Origin: a virus
Lineage: Duplodnaviria > Caudoviricetes
DNA: 64,000 nucleotides
Strand: one strand, 5' to 3'
IMG/VR virus record: IMGVR_UViG_3300033067_001382
Location: 17,596 to 81,595 of that record
Within the stretch, counting starts at the first letter, position 1. Every line of letters begins with the position of its first letter. Positions 59,327 to 64,000 of the stretch are shown piece by piece. Under the pieces are notes generated by a model. That model was not told the origin of the DNA. It ran no database searches and saw only the letters and a program-made list of their open reading frames with translations. Made by a program: the position numbers and the translations under genes.

Positions 59327-59332
59327 GATACA

Positions 59333-59770
59333 TTATTGAGGAGGTTTCTTCCCTGTTGTCTCGGGAATCAGTTCTTTGAGATGTCGACGGATCCGCTTTT
59401 GAGCAGTCAACCCAACTTCCGTCATGGGTTCATAATCCACGTAACCCTCCCCCTCATGGCGAATAAGCGCGTGAGAGCCAGCCTGCTTGCGAACCTCATC
59501 CTTGATTTTTTTCCGGGACTCATACTGGGCCCAACGGTCCGCGGCACTCCGTCCGACGGCTTGGTCAGCCGTGGGGTAGTCCTGTCCGTGAACTCCCGTG
59601 TTGCCGGTGGGGGCATTGACATTGACTTCGAAGCCAAAGCCAAACCCTTCCCAAAGCCGTGGGACTTCCTGCTTGCATTGAGGGCAGTCATGAGTGGGGT
59701 TGTCCCCCATCTTCAAGACACGTTCAAAACGAAGTGCACACGCGTCACATTCGAAGGAATACTTGGGCAT
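59333..59770 (-). CDS. FmdB-family zinc-ribbon protein (145 aa)
   Basis: MPKYSFECDAC...F......CPQC signature; GGAG RBS. Confidence 0.8.
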   Translation of the reverse strand: MPKYSFECDACALRFERVLKMGDNPTHDCPQCKQEVPRLWEGFGFGFEVNVNAPTGNTGVHGQDYPTADQAVGRSAADRWAQYESRKKIKDEVRKQAGSHALIRHEGEGYVDYEPMTEVGLTAQKRIRRHLKELIPETTGKKPPQ

Positions 59771-59785
59771 TTTCCATCTCCGGGT

Positions 59786-60931
59786 TCATCCGATACGTTC
59801 ATAGTTGGCGTTGCGTCCTTTCAGGGAAGGAGCCACCGTAAAGAGCAGGTCTGGATTGACTATCTGAGTCAATTGAGTTTGGTTGGCCGTCGCAATCGTG
59901 AAGGGCAACGGAACGTGAATCTCCCAATCCGCACGGAACTGAATTGAGAGCGACGCTAGATAGTAGAAGGTTTCCCCTGTTTCATCGTAAGTCTCCTCTG
60001 TCTCGCCACCCATGCTTACATCGACGATCTCGATTCCCTCGAACTCAAGGGGGGTTTTTTTCTGTCCCCAGAGGTGCATAACTGCAAAATCAGCGATCTC
60101 TTCCATTTGAGTGGGGTCTTGAGCAATCACATCCATATCGAACGTGATTTCGAACTTACCGCCAAATGCATTGGCGGTATCGACTCGGTCGGGAGTCACC
60201 ACTACGGCAACCTGACCACCCTTAACAGCCCGCTTTCCAAAGGCCAGCACCACCCCAGGAAGGGTTTTGAAATCCGCCTGATTCCAGTAGAAGGGTACAG
60301 GACCTATCGGATCACCTAGATAACGATAATCCGCCGTCAGGAGTGACCCAGGCTTCGACCGAGTCTGAAGAGAGATCGACCCATCCGCGTAATTCACGGT
60401 ATAGTCCTCCCCCTCTTTCATGAGGTAGTTTCGATTCTCCCAAAGCCGAAGAGTCCCTTCGACAGGGTTGTGTTGCAGTTGAGCTTCCTGCTCGATGCCG
60501 GAGGTGAATTGCAAAACCGGCTCGTCAACTTGAGTCAATAGCGGATCAACCGAATAGAACCCGGCTTCCTCAGAATTCGTCGGAGCTGAAAGGCACTGGA
60601 GGTAGTAGACTCCCGCCGCCAGGGGCATCTCACCACCATTGGCTGCAATCGCCGCTGAGTCCTCACGAACCCACTCCAGCATATAACAGGGCTGCTTAAC
60701 GTAGGCCAACATGACATGGCTAACTACGGTTCCAAGATAGTTATCACCCGCAAGTTGCACCTTATTGGCACTAGAACCCTTGATGACAATACCGTAGGCG
60801 GGGCGCTCGTCGAAGCTGTACTTATTTTCGATCCAGGGGACAATCTTCTGGTAGATTGGGTGACGCGAGAATCCGTCTTGCAGCTCAAGAATAAGCCGAC
60901 GCTTGAGCGCCGAAGACAAATAGTAGAACAT
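59786..60931 (-). CDS. Probable tail terminator / neck-completion protein (381 aa)
   Basis: Position upstream of the sheath gene; F.ITF.MDVIA.D..Q.EEI.D; DY.V.Y..G.I.L insertion; assignment mainly by synteny. Confidence 0.5.
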   Translation of the reverse strand: MFYYLSSALKRRLILELQDGFSRHPIYQKIVPWIENKYSFDERPAYGIVIKGSSANKVQLAGDNYLGTVVSHVMLAYVKQPCYMLEWVREDSAAIAANGGEMPLAAGVYYLQCLSAPTNSEEAGFYSVDPLLTQVDEPVLQFTSGIEQEAQLQHNPVEGTLRLWENRNYLMKEGEDYTVNYADGSISLQTRSKPGSLLTADYRYLGDPIGPVPFYWNQADFKTLPGVVLAFGKRAVKGGQVAVVVTPDRVDTANAFGGKFEITFDMDVIAQDPTQMEEIADFAVMHLWGQKKTPLEFEGIEIVDVSMGGETEETYDETGETFYYLASLSIQFRADWEIHVPLPFTIATANQTQLTQIVNPDLLFTVAPSLKGRNANYERIG

Positions 60932-60940
60932 AGAGACCCC

Positions 60941-61954
60941 TCAATCAGCGTGCTCTTCCATGGCAAGCACAAGAAGGCCGTCTGCGACCGCCGTCATGGG
61001 ATCACTCGCCATACGGATTTCACTAATCTGAATTGGAAAGTTCTTCTTCTTGATAGCCTCAAATTCCTGCTTGAAGACATCAAGGAAGCCACCTGCTTTG
61101 GTGGTACCTCCAGAAATTACGAAGGGGATAGGCTCTGGAAGATCAACTTTGGCTTGGACCATCGAGAACTGCTTGACGATATTCTCTAGGCAATACCGAA
61201 TAAGGGCTCGGATGTAGAGCGCGATTGCTTCTGCTTCCTTGCCTTCCGGCTTCGCAAGGTTGACCCCTTTTTCTTTGAGGGTACACATGCGAGCTGAGGT
61301 CGTGCCAAGCGCCTTCGCCGCATGGGTGTCAATCCAGTCACCACCGCGAGCAAGTGAAAAACTCATCCCTTCCATCGTCTGAAACGAGAGTGCGACGTTA
61401 CACATACCCGACCCAAAACTGACCGCCAGTCCAGAAAAGTTCTCCTCAGCACACTGACTGTAGATGATCGCCATCGCTTCGTTCTTGGGGAACGCGCGGT
61501 AGCCATGCTCAGTAATAATCTTCCGGAAGACTTCCGTGTGAAAAATGATGTCCTGCTCAGGATCGTCGATGGGGGCCGCAGGTACGCTGTAGTAACAAGC
61601 TTCGTCCTCGACCTTCGGCTTTCCCAATACCTGTCCAACTATGATGCTCAAGACCTCTTGGCCTTCCATCTCACCGGCTGAGATGACACCACGACTCAAA
61701 GGTCGACGGACTTCTCTCTTGAACAGATTGGCCATATTGAGCGCTGAGTCACCGATGACGATAAGCTGGTCACCCTTCTCAACATAATTGACCTTGGAAA
61801 GACGGAGGGTTTTTTTGGCCTCTACATCCAGGTCGATAAAGGCATCCCTGACTCGGGCATGGACAATTGAAGTGTCCTCCTTCCGAGAAGAAACCACATT
61901 CATTGTCCCACAGTCAATCCCGCAGCCCAATGATAACTTCTTATCTTTGCTCAT
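60941..61954 (-). CDS. Actin-fold ATPase (MreB/MamK/ParM-like, 337 aa)
   Basis: Phosphate-1 GIDCGTMN, connect-1 NEA, phosphate-2 SFGSGMCN, adenosine ISGGT, connect-2 DP..AVADG. Confidence 0.85.
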   Translation of the reverse strand: MSKDKKLSLGCGIDCGTMNVVSSRKEDTSIVHARVRDAFIDLDVEAKKTLRLSKVNYVEKGDQLIVIGDSALNMANLFKREVRRPLSRGVISAGEMEGQEVLSIIVGQVLGKPKVEDEACYYSVPAAPIDDPEQDIIFHTEVFRKIITEHGYRAFPKNEAMAIIYSQCAEENFSGLAVSFGSGMCNVALSFQTMEGMSFSLARGGDWIDTHAAKALGTTSARMCTLKEKGVNLAKPEGKEAEAIALYIRALIRYCLENIVKQFSMVQAKVDLPEPIPFVISGGTTKAGGFLDVFKQEFEAIKKKNFPIQISEIRMASDPMTAVADGLLVLAMEEHAD

Positions 61955-62727
61955 CTTAATAGTCCTCTCAACGTCTCTCGACAGTATTCGGATCTAGTGT
62001 TAATATCTAATTCCCACAAACGGACAACCGTGAGACCAAGGCCCTCAACATATGTGTCACACACTTGATCCAAGCTCCTCCTTCTCCGTTGATGCTTGGT
62101 CAATTTATCTGCTGAGAACACCTCTGGGTTTCCGTGCCAGTAATCCCCATCTGTTTGAATGATCAGTTGATGTGAGGGTACAAAGAAGTCAACTGTAAAG
62201 TAACCAAACTGAACCTCTCGCTGAAATGCCACACCCCACTCACATAACCAGTCAGAGACAGTTCTCTCGATTTGAGTTTCTCTTCGAAAGGTCTTCCGCA
62301 ATCTTTCAGGAGAAGCTGCACGTAGCTTCTCCTTGTACTGTTCGGCCTTCTCGACTCCGTAAGTATCCTCGTAGGATTTACCAGTCTTCTTCGCCACATG
62401 ACTTCGAATACCACGAGTAATGGTCCGTACATACTCCGGGTCTTCGTATAGGTGTTTGACCTTGTGGATGGGGTTCCCCTCCCCTCGTTGATTGTCAATC
62501 CACTCAGGGTGAGCTTTCTTCCATTGCCGTAAGGGATTCCGATCCCCCTCTAACCAAGGCTTCTCTCTTTCAGAGAGGGGTTTTGTCTTTAGATCGTGAC
62601 GAGCTAACTCCCGCCGGATCGTGGATGACCCGCACTTGAAATGCTTCTTCAGGTCGACAAGACGGGCATTAGGGTTCTCCAACAGAACCACCTCTAACTC
62701 TGCTTTTGATATCTCTCTGGGTGACAT
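61951..62727 (-). mobile_element. Free-standing DUF559/Vsr-like endonuclease with HTH and NUMOD3-like linker (start MSPREISK at 62727; ORF track 62802 overlaps the Dps-like gene)
   Basis: ET.IE.......GV.F.RE......VDFF.P...LII..DGDYWH...D..........G..V.RLWE; K.YEDTYG.EKA. Confidence 0.75.
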
Positions 62728-62758
62728 CGTACCGACATACGAACCCACAAGTAGATTC

Positions 62759-63328
62759 TTAGGAAGCCAAACGCTGCCTAAGCAAGTAGACGTGGCCTTC
62801 ATGCCGATCTTGGATACCTGCTAGGAGATTATCAATCCCCCGACTCAATGTACCCCGAGCCCTCATTGACTCCACTACTAGGTCAGTGAAAGCCAAAAAG
62901 GCCAACTCAGCATTCAAGCTAAGCTGGACATACTCGTCTGCTGTAGGGTCCATCGCCGCGAATGCGTAGACGACCTTCATCAGCCGCTCAAGTTGGTCAA
63001 CCTGCATGAGCGGGCGAACCAGGAGACGTTCACCCGCACCCACCGTCTTCTCGGCAATGCCGTCAATGGCATCCTGAGCATTCTTGTAGAGCTGGTCGAA
63101 CATCTGGTGGTCGGCATAGAACTGCGGGCCACGGGTTTGCCAGTGGTGGGTATGATGAACCACCGAGAGAGTTCGCAGGAAAGCCAGCACGCAAGACAGC
63201 TCCGACATCGGAGCGTCCGCATTGTCAGCCATCAGCGAAGCCAACGCTGCACGAAGCATCCCCATCGTCTCTCCGCTGAGGGCGGCGGACTTGGTAAACC
63301 GGGCGGCAACTCGGGAAGCAGCGCTCAT
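62759..63328 (-). CDS. dps: Dps-like (DNA-binding ferritin-like) protein with an N-terminal extension (189 aa)
   Basis: HW.T.G..F...H.MFD.LY......D..AEK matches the Dps ferroxidase pattern. Confidence 0.75.
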   Translation of the reverse strand: MSAASRVAARFTKSAALSGETMGMLRAALASLMADNADAPMSELSCVLAFLRTLSVVHHTHHWQTRGPQFYADHQMFDQLYKNAQDAIDGIAEKTVGAGERLLVRPLMQVDQLERLMKVVYAFAAMDPTADEYVQLSLNAELAFLAFTDLVVESMRARGTLSRGIDNLLAGIQDRHEGHVYLLRQRLAS

Positions 63329-63331
63329 GAG

Positions 63332-63778
63332 TCAGTCCACCTTCCACATGTCGGGAGTGACTTCCGCTTCGACTTTCCAGTCCGCGGTCTTGATTTCCGC
63401 GGCCACCTTCCAGGCAGCCGTCTTGATTTCCTCGCTGCCATCATCCTTCAACGCCTTGGCGACGTCGGTGACGGTCTTCCGCTCCTGCTTCTCAACCTTG
63501 AACGCCTTACCGTTCCAAGGGGAGCGCGGACGGACTAATTTTTCCTCGGTGTAGAGCTTTCCCTCGGGGGCATCGTAAGACCAGAGGCGGGACAGCTTGT
63601 CCTCCTTCATGTCCTTAGTGACTGCCGACATCGAGTAGCGCTCAGGCTTCTCACCCGTGTGAACCTTGCCACTCCAAGGGGAATGCCAAGAAACGACCTT
63701 CTCTTCAAGATAGAACGTCTTTCCGTTCTCGGGGTCCTTGTAGGTCCAAAGGACGGCTGCTGCGGTGCGAGAGGTCAT
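63332..63778 (-). CDS. Small repeat protein (148 aa)
   Basis: AGGAG RBS; duplicated LW.Y..P.GK.Y.EEK....SPW.GK unit; three 11-aa C-terminal repeats. Confidence 0.7.
   Translation of the reverse strand: MTSRTAAAVLWTYKDPENGKTFYLEEKVVSWHSPWSGKVHTGEKPERYSMSAVTKDMKEDKLSRLWSYDAPEGKLYTEEKLVRPRSPWNGKAFKVEKQERKTVTDVAKALKDDGSEEIKTAAWKVAAEIKTADWKVEAEVTPDMWKVD
63335..63433 (-). repeat. Three imperfect 33-bp in-frame tandem repeats (EEIKTAAWKVA / AEIKTADWKVE / AEVTPDMWKVD)
   Basis: Direct reading of DNA and protein. Confidence 0.8.
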
Positions 63779-63816
63779 TGGCTATGAGACTCCTATGTGA
63801 GCTGAGTTAAGAAAGT

Positions 63817-63999
63817 TTATTGAGGCTTGCGCTTGAAACTCTTGAGCCTACTGGACGCATCAGTGACCGAACTTGCAGCCGAAGAGTCCTTTTCGACGGT
63901 CATATTGTCCGTCTGAACGTCCTTGGGTCGAATCGATTCCGGGATGAAAAGAGGAACACCTGCATCGATGACCGCCGAGACAGCCTTGGGGATCTGCCC
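63817..63999 (-). CDS. Partial hypothetical protein (C-terminus ...SSVTDASSRLKSFKRKPQ)
   Basis: Open frame from the window edge to TAA at 63817. Confidence 0.55.
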   Translation of the reverse strand, partial: GQIPKAVSAVIDAGVPLFIPESIRPKDVQTDNMTVEKDSSAASSVTDASSRLKSFKRKPQ

Positions 64000-64000
64000 A

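Noticed and set aside
63335-63433. CRISPR-like array
   Set aside because: The 33-bp repeats are contiguous, in frame and lack spacers
1-64000. Interpretation as bacterial eCIS/T6SS/tailocin
   Set aside because: Long tape measure protein, three homing-type nucleases, Dps and FmdB genes, no host genes, no Afp15-like AAA+ ATPase or T6SS membrane genes. Not formally excluded, because head genes lie outside the window
1-64000. Alternative genetic code (stop-codon reassignment)
   Set aside because: Genes tile the window under the standard code, and TAA, TGA and TAG all occur as stops at sensible junctions

Overview
The window is a gap-free, almost entirely minus-strand operon of about 39 genes (standard genetic code, many overlapping stop/start junctions, AGGAG/GGAG ribosome-binding sites). 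It encodes the contractile-tail and baseplate module of a large (jumbo-type) myophage. In transcription order, from 64000 down to 1: small repeat protein; Dps-like ferritin; DUF559/Vsr-type endonuclease; actin-fold ATPase; probable tail terminator; FmdB zinc ribbon; 1419-aa tail sheath; zinc-finger PD-(D/E)xK endonuclease; two unknowns; tail tube; two chaperone-like genes; tape measure; two tube-initiator-like paralogs (one fused to a lytic transglycosylase); hub; gp5/VgrG-like spike; a Gly-rich three-repeat protein; large baseplate/fibre proteins; an EndoVII-type endonuclease; gp25-like, baseplate-J-like and wedge proteins; two collar-type paralogs; and several large fibre-like proteins. No host housekeeping genes, tRNA/rRNA genes, CRISPR arrays or integrase were seen. 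All family assignments come from motifs recognised by eye, not from database searches. The most interesting points are: a candidate non-PAAR pseudo-threefold spike tip; an actin-like ATPase inside the tail operon; three free-standing endonuclease genes with recoded flanks, translational coupling and a shared CTACTTAT-like upstream motif; a very large decorated sheath that shares modules with the gp25-like protein; nested lectin-like domains; and a structured intergenic RNA.
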